Assembly (NCBI GenBank): GCA_002402455.1
Contig: DHFX01000001.1
Span: 3,358-67,357 of the forward strand
DNA: 64,000 bases
Source of the DNA: Candidatus Dojkabacteria bacterium UBA4813
GTDB taxonomy: Bacteria > Patescibacteriota > Dojkabacteria > SC72
Direction of reading: 5' to 3'
The stretch's first letter is position 1; every line of letters begins with the position of its first letter. This document shows, one piece after another, positions 29,464 to 39,051 of the stretch. The notes under the pieces were generated by a model. The model ran no database searches, had not been told where the DNA came from, and was given only the letters and a program-made list of their open reading frames with translations. The position numbers were made by a program, and so were the translations under genes.

Positions 29464-30501
29464 TTAAAACTGTTGTAAGAAGTTAAGGTTACTCTCTCTT
29501 AGGTGTCTGATGTCCTCTATGCCTAGCTTTATCATGGCAAGTCTGTCTACTCCAAAACCCCAAGCAAAACCGGAATACATTTGAGAGTCGATAGCTGCTT
29601 CTTTGAGGACATTGGGGTGTATCATTCCACAACCCATTATCTCTATCCATCCGGAGTGTCCACATGTAGAGCATCCGGTCATATTACAGAATGGACAACC
29701 TATTACAAATTCACAATCCGGTTCTGTAAATGGGAAATAAGCGGGTTGTATTTTAACTTTAAGATCAGTCTCTAAATATCTTTCTAGAAATGTTTTTATT
29801 GTAGCTATCATGTTAGATAGTGAGACGTTTTTGTCAACATAAATTCCTTCTATTTGGTGAAATGTATGTTCATGCCCAGCATCTGTAGCTTCGTTCCTAA
29901 AACATCTTCCAGGGAGTACAACTGCTATTGGAGGTGGTCCAAATTTTTTTAATGCTCTGTTTTGCATTGTAGATGTATGTGCGGGTAAAACTAGTCCATC
30001 TTCTGTTCTAAAAGTGTCATACATATCTCTTGCAGGATGCCCTTTAGGGAAATTTAAAGATTGAAACATATGATAGTCATCATCGATTTGCCTGCTTTCT
30101 AATATGTCAAAACCCATACTACTAAAGATTCTTAAAATTTTTTCCATTTCTTTGGTAAGAGGGTGCTTGCTTCCTTTAAGAGAGAGCATTTGGTTATATA
30201 AATGAGGTTTTTCATTAATATCAAAAGGTGCCGTAGGATCAATCTTGGGTTTTGAAGTATATTCACGGTCCTGTTGGACTTTTTCAGAGAGCTTCTCTTC
30301 TACAAAGGCTTTTAGAGTATTAACTTCCTTCCCGTACATTGGTTTCTCTTTGGCTGAAACATTTACAATCTCTTTTAAGGCTTCTGTTACAAGACCTTTT
30401 TTACCAAGGTACTTCTCTTTAAGTTGCTCATGGCTTAAATCTTTCAGATCTTTGCTAAAAGAAGTTTGTATGTTAGCGAGGTTTTTTTGTGTATATTCCA
30501 T
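29464..30501 (-). CDS. pheS: Phenylalanine--tRNA ligase alpha subunit
   Basis: HPARDMYDTF, HTS, FHQIEG, YFPFTEP, GFAWGFGVDR. Confidence 0.97.
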   Translation of the reverse strand: MEYTQKNLANIQTSFSKDLKDLSHEQLKEKYLGKKGLVTEALKEIVNVSAKEKPMYGKEVNTLKAFVEEKLSEKVQQDREYTSKPKIDPTAPFDINEKPHLYNQMLSLKGSKHPLTKEMEKILRIFSSMGFDILESRQIDDDYHMFQSLNFPKGHPARDMYDTFRTEDGLVLPAHTSTMQNRALKKFGPPPIAVVLPGRCFRNEATDAGHEHTFHQIEGIYVDKNVSLSNMIATIKTFLERYLETDLKVKIQPAYFPFTEPDCEFVIGCPFCNMTGCSTCGHSGWIEIMGCGMIHPNVLKEAAIDSQMYSGFAWGFGVDRLAMIKLGIEDIRHLRESNLNFLQQF

Positions 30502-30534
30502 AATTAAAAGTATACTATATCGTTACAAAATATT

Positions 30535-30562
30535 AAACAAAAAGACCCTTCGTAGGGTCTTT
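30535..30562 (-). terminator. Intrinsic terminator after infC-rpmI-rplT
   Basis: Minus strand reads AAAGACCCT-acga-AGGGTCTTT then TTGTTT. Confidence 0.8.
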
Positions 30563-30585
30563 AACAATTTCTAAAAGTAAAAACC

Positions 30586-30924
30586 CTATACAGATTTAAC
30601 TATAAAGGAGAATACTTCAGGATTATTGACAGCTAAGTCAGCCAAAACTTTTCTGTCTAATTCCACTTTATTATCTTTAAGTCTTTTGATGAGATCTTTG
30701 TATTGCACATCATTTTGTTTACATGCGGCGTTAATCTTGGTTATCCAGACTTTTCTCATCTGTGCACTTCTCTTTTGTCTGTGATCATAAGCGTATTGAC
30801 CTGCATGTAGGTATGCCTCGTGGGAGACTTTGTACAACTTTCCTTTTGTTAATCTATATCCCTTTGTCTTATCCAAGACTTTCTGATGTCTTCTTTTTCT
30901 TGTCGTTCCACCCTTAACTCTCAT
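30586..30924 (-). CDS. rplT: 50S ribosomal protein L20
   Basis: MRVKGG, WITKINAA, LDRKVLADLA. Confidence 0.97.
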   Translation of the reverse strand: MRVKGGTTRKRRHQKVLDKTKGYRLTKGKLYKVSHEAYLHAGQYAYDHRQKRSAQMRKVWITKINAACKQNDVQYKDLIKRLKDNKVELDRKVLADLAVNNPEVFSFIVKSV

Positions 30925-30935
30925 CTTTATTGATT

Positions 30936-31148
30936 CTAGATATTAACTATTTTTCTAATTAGATTCTTTTTTACTGAACTGTCAACCTGGGCATTATCTT
31001 TTTGTCTTCTCTTTTCTCTTGTAGACTTCTTTGTTCTTAAGTGTCCCTGGTGACTTTGCTTATATATCAATTTAGGAGTCTTATTTCCCCTTGGTCTTGA
31101 TAGCTTAATTCTTTTCTTTGCTGTTTTGTTTGTTTTTTGTCTAGCCAT
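30936..31148 (-). CDS. rpmI: 50S ribosomal protein L35
   Basis: QKTNKTAKKR...HLRTKK; lies between infC and rplT. Confidence 0.9.
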   Translation of the reverse strand: MARQKTNKTAKKRIKLSRPRGNKTPKLIYKQSHQGHLRTKKSTREKRRQKDNAQVDSSVKKNLIRKIVNI

Positions 31149-31650
31149 TTGCTTTAAACGTTATTGAAATTCTATTACCCTCGCGTTTAGGCTCGGCTTC
31201 GATACTACTATAATCATTAAAATTAGTCAATATTTCAGCAAAAACCTCCTTTGCCAAATCCATAGATTGCCTCCCTTTCTTTTGCATAACTAGTTTTACA
31301 GGGTGTCCTTTGTCCAAATATTCTTTAGCTCTTTTTACCCTGTGGTCTATATCTCCTTCTTCTATAACCGGAGAAAATCTAAACTCTTTTTGCTCTTTAG
31401 TCTTGTTGTTGCTTTTTCTACTCTTTTTTCTCTGCTCATAGAGGTATTTTGATAGGTCCATTATTTTACATACGGGGGGATTTGCAGTAGCTCCTACCTC
31501 TACTAGGTCAAGTTGGTTATCTTTGGCAAGGTTGATTGCTTCCTCTGTTTTAACTATGCCTCTATTTTCTCCTTTGTGATCTATTAATTGTACTTCTGGA
31601 ACTCTTATCTCCTGATTTACTCTCGGACCTTTTGATTTCTTAAATATCAT
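31141..31650 (-). CDS. infC: Translation initiation factor IF-3
   Basis: RVNQEIR, LDLVEV, PPVCKIMD, KEFRF. Confidence 0.96.
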   Translation of the reverse strand: MIFKKSKGPRVNQEIRVPEVQLIDHKGENRGIVKTEEAINLAKDNQLDLVEVGATANPPVCKIMDLSKYLYEQRKKSRKSNNKTKEQKEFRFSPVIEEGDIDHRVKRAKEYLDKGHPVKLVMQKKGRQSMDLAKEVFAEILTNFNDYSSIEAEPKREGNRISITFKANG

Positions 31651-31672
31651 TTATTAATTAAATTTGTTAAAA

Positions 31673-33463
31673 TTATTTACTTTTGTTATCACCATTTTTG
31701 TTAGAATAAGACTCCTTGTTTCTGATCTCTTCTTTAAGATTATCTATAAACTCTTGAATTTTCATCAATCCTTCTTCCCTGTTGTTTCTAGCTCTGACAG
31801 AGACGGTTTCTGTTTCTATTTCCTTGTCTCCTACTATTACAATATAAGGGATTTTCATCTTCTCTGCATCCCTGATTCTGGATTGCATGCTCTTGTTTCT
31901 ATTGTCCAATTTTACTCTTATCTTTGCCTCCTTTAATTGTGCGAATACTTCATTAGCGTATTGTATGTGCTTTTCTGATATGGGAATGATGTAAACTTGC
32001 TCAGGTGCTAACCATAGTGGGAAATCTCCACCGTGGTGCTCTATTAAGAATGCAAAAAATCTTTCAAAGGAACCAATAAGTGCTCTGTGGATTACAAATG
32101 GTTGTTTTTCTTCTCCGTCTGAGTTTATATATGTGATTCCAAATTTTTCTGGAAGGTTGAAATCTAACTGTATGGTAGATACCGAGTCCTCTTTTCCAAA
32201 AACGTTTACTGCTTGAACATCGATCTTGGGTCCGTAAAAAGCAGCATCTCCGGGGACTTCTTCGAAGACAACTTTTCTATCTGTTAGAACTTTTCTTAAA
32301 GTGTCTTCTGCTGACTTCCACTTTTGGGGATCTCCAGCATATTTATCCGGATTTGTTTCTTTGTCGGATAGTGAAAGTCTAAACTTGTAATTATCAAAGC
32401 CGACATCCTTGTAAAAAGTTTCAAGAAGGTCAAAAGTTTCGTTGATTACATCCTCCAATTGTTCTGGGGTACAGAATAGATGTGCATCATTTTGGGTAAA
32501 ACCTCTGACTCTTTGGAGTCCGTGTAACTCGCCTGACTTCTCATATCTATATACAGTTCCGAACTCTCCCAGTTTGTAAGGTAATTCTTTATAACTTTTT
32601 GGAGTTAGTTTGTAAACCATCATAGCGGCAGGACAGTTCATTGGTTTAAGATAGTAAGTTTCATCTTCTATCTCAATAGGTGCATACATTGAATCTTTGT
32701 AGAAATCTAAGTGACCGGAAGTTTCAAACAATTCTTTCTTATTGATATGTGGAGTTAAGATATGTTCATATCCTGCTTCTCTTTCAAGTTCCAGCATGTA
32801 ATCTTCTAAGATAGTTCTTATCACGTATCCTCTTGGAAGCCACACAGGTAATCCTTGTCCTATTTCGTTAATAATTGCAAATAATTGTAATTGCTTACCT
32901 AATTTCCTGTGGTTCCTTTTTTCTAATTCTTTTTGGTTCTCCAGATACTTCTGTAACTCTTCCTTGGTTTCAAAAGCAGTCCCATATATTCGGGTTAACA
33001 TTTTATTTTTTTCATTTCCTTTCCAATAAGCACCTGCTGTTTTGATTAGTTTTACTGCTCCTATTTCTTTAGTGGAGTTGATATGGGGCCCTCTGCAGAG
33101 GTCTGCGAACTCATTGTCTCCTGTTATATAGAAGCTGAATTTTTCACCCTCCAGCTCTCTTAAAAGTTCCAGTTTATATATTTGATCGGTTTTTTCCAAG
33201 TATTCTTCAGCCTCTTTTCTGGTCATCATAATTTGTTTAAGAGGAAGATTTTGCTTTATTATTTTTTTCATTTCTTTTTCTATCTCTTTAAGATCTTCTT
33301 CCTCTATTGGTTCTGTAAAATCAAAATCATAATAAAAGCCATTTTCAATGGCAGGTCCTATACCCAACTTGGTATCGGGATAGAGTTTTAGTATTGCTTG
33401 AGCAAGAACATGCGATGCAGAGTGTCTCATTTTTTCTAGTTTTAACTTTTGTTCGGAATCCAT
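31673..33463 (-). CDS. thrS: Threonine--tRNA ligase (no N-terminal TGS domain)
   Basis: RHSASHVLAQA, DLCRGPH, KPMNCP, RVRGFTQNDAH, AFYGPK. Confidence 0.97.
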   Translation of the reverse strand: MDSEQKLKLEKMRHSASHVLAQAILKLYPDTKLGIGPAIENGFYYDFDFTEPIEEEDLKEIEKEMKKIIKQNLPLKQIMMTRKEAEEYLEKTDQIYKLELLRELEGEKFSFYITGDNEFADLCRGPHINSTKEIGAVKLIKTAGAYWKGNEKNKMLTRIYGTAFETKEELQKYLENQKELEKRNHRKLGKQLQLFAIINEIGQGLPVWLPRGYVIRTILEDYMLELEREAGYEHILTPHINKKELFETSGHLDFYKDSMYAPIEIEDETYYLKPMNCPAAMMVYKLTPKSYKELPYKLGEFGTVYRYEKSGELHGLQRVRGFTQNDAHLFCTPEQLEDVINETFDLLETFYKDVGFDNYKFRLSLSDKETNPDKYAGDPQKWKSAEDTLRKVLTDRKVVFEEVPGDAAFYGPKIDVQAVNVFGKEDSVSTIQLDFNLPEKFGITYINSDGEEKQPFVIHRALIGSFERFFAFLIEHHGGDFPLWLAPEQVYIIPISEKHIQYANEVFAQLKEAKIRVKLDNRNKSMQSRIRDAEKMKIPYIVIVGDKEIETETVSVRARNNREEGLMKIQEFIDNLKEEIRNKESYSNKNGDNKSK

Positions 33464-33593
33464 AATAAAAATATTTACTCAACTTAATAGAGGGAAAGCA
33501 ATGGCATTAGAAAAGAGGTGTTGAAAAAACAATTTTACACAGTTTCTCCTTTGTTTTACCGAATTGTTTATACATCGTTCCTATTTTATATTT

Positions 33594-34346
33594 TTAATGT
33601 TTATTTTGCAATTCCTTTACTATGTAGAAAGAGATTGTGTTCAGACCGAAATTGTAGGATTCTAGTAGTTTTATGTTGTTTAAGGATAATTTCTCCAGGG
33701 GATATCTCTTTGGGTGTTTAAGTATTAAAGCTCCCTTGAATTTTTCTTTTTGGTTCTGTACTCCAGTAAGAAGGTTTGATGCCATGTTGATTATATCCTC
33801 CATTTTGTAAGTCTTCTTTGTATTGAAAAGTTTGTATGGAGGGTCTAGGAATATTATGTCAAAAGTTTCAATAGTTTTTTCGTTGTTTTTTTTGTGAAGA
33901 TACTCCTCTACTTTGGAGTTAATAACTTCAGAATCTAGTAGAAAGCCGGTACTAGTAATATTCTTCTTCAGTATGTAAATGGCATTTTTGGAGGCTTCAA
34001 CAAAGGTCGTGTGTTCTGCTCCTCTTGAAAGTGCCTCTAAACCAAAGGAACCGGTTCCGGCATATAGGTCTAGGATTCTTCTTTTGTAAATGTCTTTTTC
34101 AAGGATGTCAAAAATTTGAACTTTCATTCTATCTGTTAAGGGTCTTGTGGTTTTAGGTATTTCGAGTTTAAAGTTTTTTGCTTTTCCAGCGGTGATTCTA
34201 ACAAAAGTTTTAATAGTGGGTTCTTTGTGTAGTATTTTTTCTTTGAGGAAGACTTTCTCTCTTTCGTCAAATTCTTCGGGAGTTGTTACTTTCCACTTGT
34301 TCCTTTCTTTTCTAAGTTTTTTTGCTGAGTCGTACTGTAAGCTCAT
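33594..34346 (-). CDS. rsmD: 16S rRNA m2G966 methyltransferase RsmD family
   Basis: RITAG, TRPLTDRMK, LDLYAGTGSFGLEALSRGA, DPPY. Confidence 0.9.
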   Translation of the reverse strand: MSLQYDSAKKLRKERNKWKVTTPEEFDEREKVFLKEKILHKEPTIKTFVRITAGKAKNFKLEIPKTTRPLTDRMKVQIFDILEKDIYKRRILDLYAGTGSFGLEALSRGAEHTTFVEASKNAIYILKKNITSTGFLLDSEVINSKVEEYLHKKNNEKTIETFDIIFLDPPYKLFNTKKTYKMEDIINMASNLLTGVQNQKEKFKGALILKHPKRYPLEKLSLNNIKLLESYNFGLNTISFYIVKELQNKH

Positions 34347-34437
34347 GGGAGTATTATATCCTATTTATAGGGATTTTTTAACTTAACGAATTTACAGTAG
34401 CTTTTAGTTCAAGTAAGGATTTTTGTAAGAGAGGATT

Positions 34438-34872
34438 TTATAACTTTGGAGCAGTGCTATTCCCATAAAGGAAATATATAGTTTTTCCTTCTGCAGGAAT
34501 GGAGGTTATTTTAACTAGAACCCTAGTATTTTCACTGTTACATCCGTCTTCTGTATTAGGTTGTCCAAGTATTTCAAACTCAAGAGCAGTTTCATTGTCG
34601 CTATCCAGAAATCTCATATCATTACATGTAGATTGTAACTTACCAAGTTCAATTAATTCCTTGGTATTTATTGTTATCTCCACATCTTCTGTAAAAGTAA
34701 GTCTTTCTCTTTCGTTTTCTATTTTTATTCCCTTCCTGTACAGCCAGCTGCTGCTCTCTCCTGCAATCTCTGGAGTATCTAGAATGCTATTGCTTTGATT
34801 TTGTATCATCTTGACACTAATACCAATAGTGACAAGCAATATCAGAATAGTAATTTTCTTTCCTAAGTCCAT
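34438..34872 (-). CDS. Membrane-anchored DUF2341-like protein
   Basis: N-terminal TM; WLYRKGIKI...GKLQSTCNDMRF...IYFLYGN. Start moved to ATG 34872, which follows TGC-TACAAT. Confidence 0.7.
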   Translation of the reverse strand: MDLGKKITILILLVTIGISVKMIQNQSNSILDTPEIAGESSSWLYRKGIKIENERERLTFTEDVEITINTKELIELGKLQSTCNDMRFLDSDNETALEFEILGQPNTEDGCNSENTRVLVKITSIPAEGKTIYFLYGNSTAPKL

Positions 34873-34921
34873 AATAATATATTGTAGCAAAAAGAGAGAG
34901 AAAGTTTTTACAAGGGAGGTT

Positions 34922-35380
34922 TTAGCAATTTCTTGTTATTTCGTAAAGCACGGCAGTAGCACAATTTGCTACATTTAAAGATTCTTTCTTCCCCCTCATT
35001 GGTACCATTATTTTCTCACTGGAGAATTTGTCAAGGATTTTTTTATCTACACCATTCTTTTCATGTCCAAATACTAGGGCTAATTCGTTTGGGTAATCTA
35101 TTTCTTGAAAGTTTTTAGCATCCTTTGTTAATTCAACTGAGTATATAGGAATGCCCATATCTCGGATCCCTTCTAGAGCGTCTTCTGTTGTATCATAGTG
35201 CTCAGAGGCAACCATCTCCGTGGCTCCTAGAGCAGTCTTCTCTAGCTTGGGGTTATCTATATCAGCAGTTATTCCACAAAGATATATCTTTTCTACATGT
35301 CCTGCACCATCCGCAGATCTAAATATACTTCCGACATTAAACACAGATCTTATATTGTCTAAAACTACGTGTATTTTCAT
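34922..35380 (-). CDS. TrmH/SpoU family RNA methyltransferase
   Basis: LDNIRSVFNVGSIFRSADG, FGHEKNGV, PMRGKKESLNVA. Confidence 0.92.
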   Translation of the reverse strand: MKIHVVLDNIRSVFNVGSIFRSADGAGHVEKIYLCGITADIDNPKLEKTALGATEMVASEHYDTTEDALEGIRDMGIPIYSVELTKDAKNFQEIDYPNELALVFGHEKNGVDKKILDKFSSEKIMVPMRGKKESLNVANCATAVLYEITRNC

Positions 35381-37401
35381 CTGAATAAATTCTGTAAAAT
35401 CTTTTCTGAGTTATTATCTTCTTTGAGGTATATTTTTGCAAGCTTTCTGGCCTTGTTAAGTAGTTTAATGTCATGGATAGATGCCACTTTGAAAACAGGT
35501 ATTCCGGATTGCCTTAGTCCATAAACCTCTCCTGGTCCCCTACTCTCAAGGTCATATTCTGCAACTTCAAAGCCACTATTATGGTTTGCAAAGTAGATTA
35601 ACCTTTTTTGCGATGGAGAATTCTTTTCTACACTAGAACTGGGGATAACAAAGCAGTAGGATTCTTTCTCTCCCCTCCCTACCCTCCCTCTTAATTGATG
35701 GAGTTGTGCCAGTCCGAATCTCTCCGCGTCTTCTATAACCATTATTGTGGCATCCGGAATATCTATTCCCACTTCAATGACCGTTGTAGATACTAAAACC
35801 TGTATCTTTTTCTCTCTGAAATCTTTTAACAATTTCTCTTTATCTTTTTCTTTTAATCTTCCATGTAAAAAATCTACATTTAATCCTTTAAATAGTTTCT
35901 TCAAGTATTCTACTTCTACTAAAACTGCTTTGGCATTAAGTTTCTCTGATTCTTCTATTAACGGGTATATTACAAAAACCTGATTTTCGTAAATACTATT
36001 CTTTTTACTTTCTTTAATTTTGTTTTTTATCCAGTTAAAGCAGTCTTCACGTTTTCTGTATGGAGTAAAGTATGTTTTTATCTCTTTTTGGTATTTCGGT
36101 TTCTGCCTAATTTCGGAGACATTTAATCCTCCAAAGAACACTTCCGTAAGACTTCTTGGGATGGGGGTTGCAGTCATTGTTAAATAGTGAGGAGATTTTT
36201 CTGTTTTCTCCTTAAAGTATTCTCTTTGTTCAACTCCAAATCTGTGTTGTTCATCAATTACTACTAAGTTTAAATCTTTTGGTAATTCTTTTTCATAAAG
36301 TATTGCGTGTGTTCCTATGATAAGTTTGTTATCGACCCTTTTGATTATTTTTTTGGTAGATATACAGAGTTCAATGTCTATATTGAAATTTTTGAATATT
36401 TTATTGAATGTTTCGTAGTGTTGTTTTGCAAGAACAGTAGTTGGGGCAATTAGGATACTGGAATAACCGTTTTTTATTGTATTTAATATTGCTATTGCAG
36501 AAACTACTGTTTTCCCACTTCCTACATCCCCATTTAGTAGGCGATTCATAGGTTTCTCTTTGCTTGTATCTTCTAAAATTTCTTCGACAGCTTTGTTTTG
36601 GTCGTCGGTCAATTCAAAAGGTAGAGATTTTATAAAATCATTTAGAATCTCAGATTTTATATCCATTGGCTCACTTACCTCTTTTTGTTGTTTAAGCGCC
36701 TGTGTCTCTATTTTGAATGCAATTCTAAGCATTTCGTCAAAGGCAAGTCTTTTTCTAGCATCATCGATGTCCTCTTGGCTTTCTGGAAAGTGTATTTTGC
36801 TGATGGCATCACTAAGAGATATAAGGCGAAATTCGTTTAATGTTTCTTTGTCCAGGGGATCTTTGAGTAATTTTTTAAAATATCCTGTTTCTTTTTGTAA
36901 ATCACTAATTTTAGATCTGATAATCCTAGAACTTAAACCTTTAGTCTCAGGATAGATACCGACTAATTTACCAAGATCTGTTTGTTTCTGAGGATCTTCT
37001 TTAAATATCTCAAACTTGGGATTGTATACATTCTTGCGATTTCCCCTTTGGGTTATTTTCGCACTGAAAAGATAGATATCTCCTTTTTTCAAGCTCTTTT
37101 GTAAATATGTCTGATTAAAGTATGTAAGATTTAAAAAACCCGTGTCATCTTTTACTCTTACGGTAGTGATTTTTTTTCTAAGGTAAGCAGTAGAAACTTT
37201 TTCTATTTGTGCAAGGAATGTCCCCTCTCCTCTTTCTTTAAATTCTTGAATGCTGATAATAGATGATGTGTCTTGGTATCTAAAGGGAATGTGGAAAAGC
37301 AAATCCTGAACCGTCTCTATATTTAATTTGGAAAACTTTTCTGCCAGTTTCTCTCCTATTCCCTTTATTTCTGTTATTGGACTTTTCGTAAAGAGGCTCA
37401 T
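35377..37401 (-). CDS. recG: ATP-dependent DNA helicase RecG
   Basis: GDVGSGKT, DEQHRFGV, MTATPIPR, QLHQLRGRVGRG. Confidence 0.97.
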   Translation of the reverse strand: MSLFTKSPITEIKGIGEKLAEKFSKLNIETVQDLLFHIPFRYQDTSSIISIQEFKERGEGTFLAQIEKVSTAYLRKKITTVRVKDDTGFLNLTYFNQTYLQKSLKKGDIYLFSAKITQRGNRKNVYNPKFEIFKEDPQKQTDLGKLVGIYPETKGLSSRIIRSKISDLQKETGYFKKLLKDPLDKETLNEFRLISLSDAISKIHFPESQEDIDDARKRLAFDEMLRIAFKIETQALKQQKEVSEPMDIKSEILNDFIKSLPFELTDDQNKAVEEILEDTSKEKPMNRLLNGDVGSGKTVVSAIAILNTIKNGYSSILIAPTTVLAKQHYETFNKIFKNFNIDIELCISTKKIIKRVDNKLIIGTHAILYEKELPKDLNLVVIDEQHRFGVEQREYFKEKTEKSPHYLTMTATPIPRSLTEVFFGGLNVSEIRQKPKYQKEIKTYFTPYRKREDCFNWIKNKIKESKKNSIYENQVFVIYPLIEESEKLNAKAVLVEVEYLKKLFKGLNVDFLHGRLKEKDKEKLLKDFREKKIQVLVSTTVIEVGIDIPDATIMVIEDAERFGLAQLHQLRGRVGRGEKESYCFVIPSSSVEKNSPSQKRLIYFANHNSGFEVAEYDLESRGPGEVYGLRQSGIPVFKVASIHDIKLLNKARKLAKIYLKEDNNSEKILQNLFR

Positions 37402-37414
37402 ATATAGAGTGAAA

Positions 37415-37525
37415 CTATATCGCCAACAGGCTGAGCAGGATTGGTACAGCTATTCCCCCTACTAGGATTATTGCTATTCCTATGTTTATAACTGCTGCCA
37501 ATTTTTTCTTTGTCTTTTTCTTCAT
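37415..37525 (-). CDS. 36-aa single-TM small protein, absent from ORF track
   Basis: MKKKTKKKLAAVINIGIAIILVGGIAVPILLSLLAI*; fills the rel-recG gap with 9 and 13 nt spacers. Confidence 0.75.
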   Translation of the reverse strand: MKKKTKKKLAAVINIGIAIILVGGIAVPILLSLLAI

Positions 37526-37534
37526 GTTTCTATT

Positions 37535-38998
37535 CTAACTTTTTCTGTTGTATTTTGAAAGCTGATTCCTGATCCTGAATTTTGTAGCTTCTGAGTTGAC
37601 GTCTCTTAATGCTTCTATTTTTTGATACTTTTTATTTTTGTCTCTTCTAATTTCTACAACATCTCCCGTCTTAAGTTTTGTAGAAAGTTTTGCAGCTTTG
37701 CCATTTATTAGTACTCCTGTAGCACTATTTCCTATCTCAGTATGTAATCTAAATGCAAAGTCTAAGGCTGTGTCTCCTTTGTTTAGGTCAAGAATCATTC
37801 CCTTGGGTGTGAATGGAAATACTTCGTCTTTGTAAATAGAGCATTTAATGGGGCAATTCATTTTGTGTCTTCTCTCTTTCTTGCTCTTGTTAAAATTTTT
37901 ATGTACTTCTTCTACCCAATCATACTTATTTGTTGGTTTCGCATATCTTGATTTGCTGGCTTTGTATGCAATGTGTGAGGCAGGTCCATATGTGTTGTGG
38001 TAATACATATCCTTTGTCATTATTTGAACTTCTATTTTCAAGTCAGAAACGGAGGGGAATTTCATTGGAAACTGTATTGCTTTATAGCCATTCGGTTTTG
38101 GGTTTGAAATGTAGTCGTCAAAAAGATCGTAATCCGGCTCTCCATTGTCTATTAGTTTTTCTAATACAAAGAAGCACTCCTCTTCCTTGTTAACTAGAAT
38201 TCTAAAGGCTATCAGGTCATCTACTCTTGTGATATTTGGGTTTATCCACTCTTTCTCATATTTTTTAAGTTTGTTATATATACTATATTTTGACTTTATC
38301 CTCCCTTCTATTTTCTTTTCAAATTTGAGATCTTTTAGTATTTCCTTCAGTAAATTCCTATACTCTTCCAATGTCTTTTCACAAATATTAGCCTCCTGCA
38401 TTTTTTTAGATATGCTGGCATACTCTATGGGTAAATACTCTAAGAAGGCATTCTCTTCTATTTCTTTCTTGATTTCATTTAAATCTAAGTACTCTGCTAG
38501 GGGAGAATAGATACTTAATGCTTTTCTTAGAGTATCCTTCTTCATCTCCTCCGGAATATTTTCTATACTGCGAATATCACAGAGAGTATCTAGGATCTTT
38601 ATGATGACGGGTCTTAAATCATCTGAGCTGTTTAGTATATACTTTATTGTCACTTCTTCTGGAGTTTCGTGGCTCTCTGTTGCTTTCTTGATCTCTTTTA
38701 GTCTTTTTAGAATATTTACAGCTTCTTTTTCGAAGAGATTTTCTATCTCATGAAGATTGTCTTCGTCCTGTGGTATTTCATGTAAGAGGGCTACTATTGT
38801 TGAGTTTGTATCTAACTTAACTTCTGTTGTAAGTAGTGCGATGTTTAGGAGGTGTTCAATGACGAGTTCTCCACCAAATCTCCTTTCTTGCTGGTGGTAA
38901 TTAGATGCGTAGTCAAAAGCTTCTTTAGCTTTTTCCCTATAATTGAGAGGTATTTTTTTTGATAATTCTCTGAATTCGTTTTGTATCTTTTTGTCCAT
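37535..38998 (-). CDS. RelA/SpoT family protein (HD-like + synthetase + TGS, no ACT domain)
   Basis: GRIKSKYSIYNKL, DLIAFRI, DYISNPKPNGY, FTPKG, DFAFRLHTEIG. Confidence 0.9.
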   Translation of the reverse strand: MDKKIQNEFRELSKKIPLNYREKAKEAFDYASNYHQQERRFGGELVIEHLLNIALLTTEVKLDTNSTIVALLHEIPQDEDNLHEIENLFEKEAVNILKRLKEIKKATESHETPEEVTIKYILNSSDDLRPVIIKILDTLCDIRSIENIPEEMKKDTLRKALSIYSPLAEYLDLNEIKKEIEENAFLEYLPIEYASISKKMQEANICEKTLEEYRNLLKEILKDLKFEKKIEGRIKSKYSIYNKLKKYEKEWINPNITRVDDLIAFRILVNKEEECFFVLEKLIDNGEPDYDLFDDYISNPKPNGYKAIQFPMKFPSVSDLKIEVQIMTKDMYYHNTYGPASHIAYKASKSRYAKPTNKYDWVEEVHKNFNKSKKERRHKMNCPIKCSIYKDEVFPFTPKGMILDLNKGDTALDFAFRLHTEIGNSATGVLINGKAAKLSTKLKTGDVVEIRRDKNKKYQKIEALRDVNSEATKFRIRNQLSKYNRKS

Positions 38999-39051
38999 GT
39001 TTTAAAAGGTTTTGGTTTTTGAATTGAAGAATATTTTAGAAAATCTTTCTT

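Noticed and set aside
30502-30585. T-box or attenuator upstream of pheS
   Set aside because: The region is too short and has no T-box consensus; the hairpin is explained as the rplT terminator and pheS has its own -10 box
33518-33721. 67-aa plus-strand ORF across the thrS/rsmD gap
   Set aside because: It overlaps rsmD antisense and has no motif or supporting start signal
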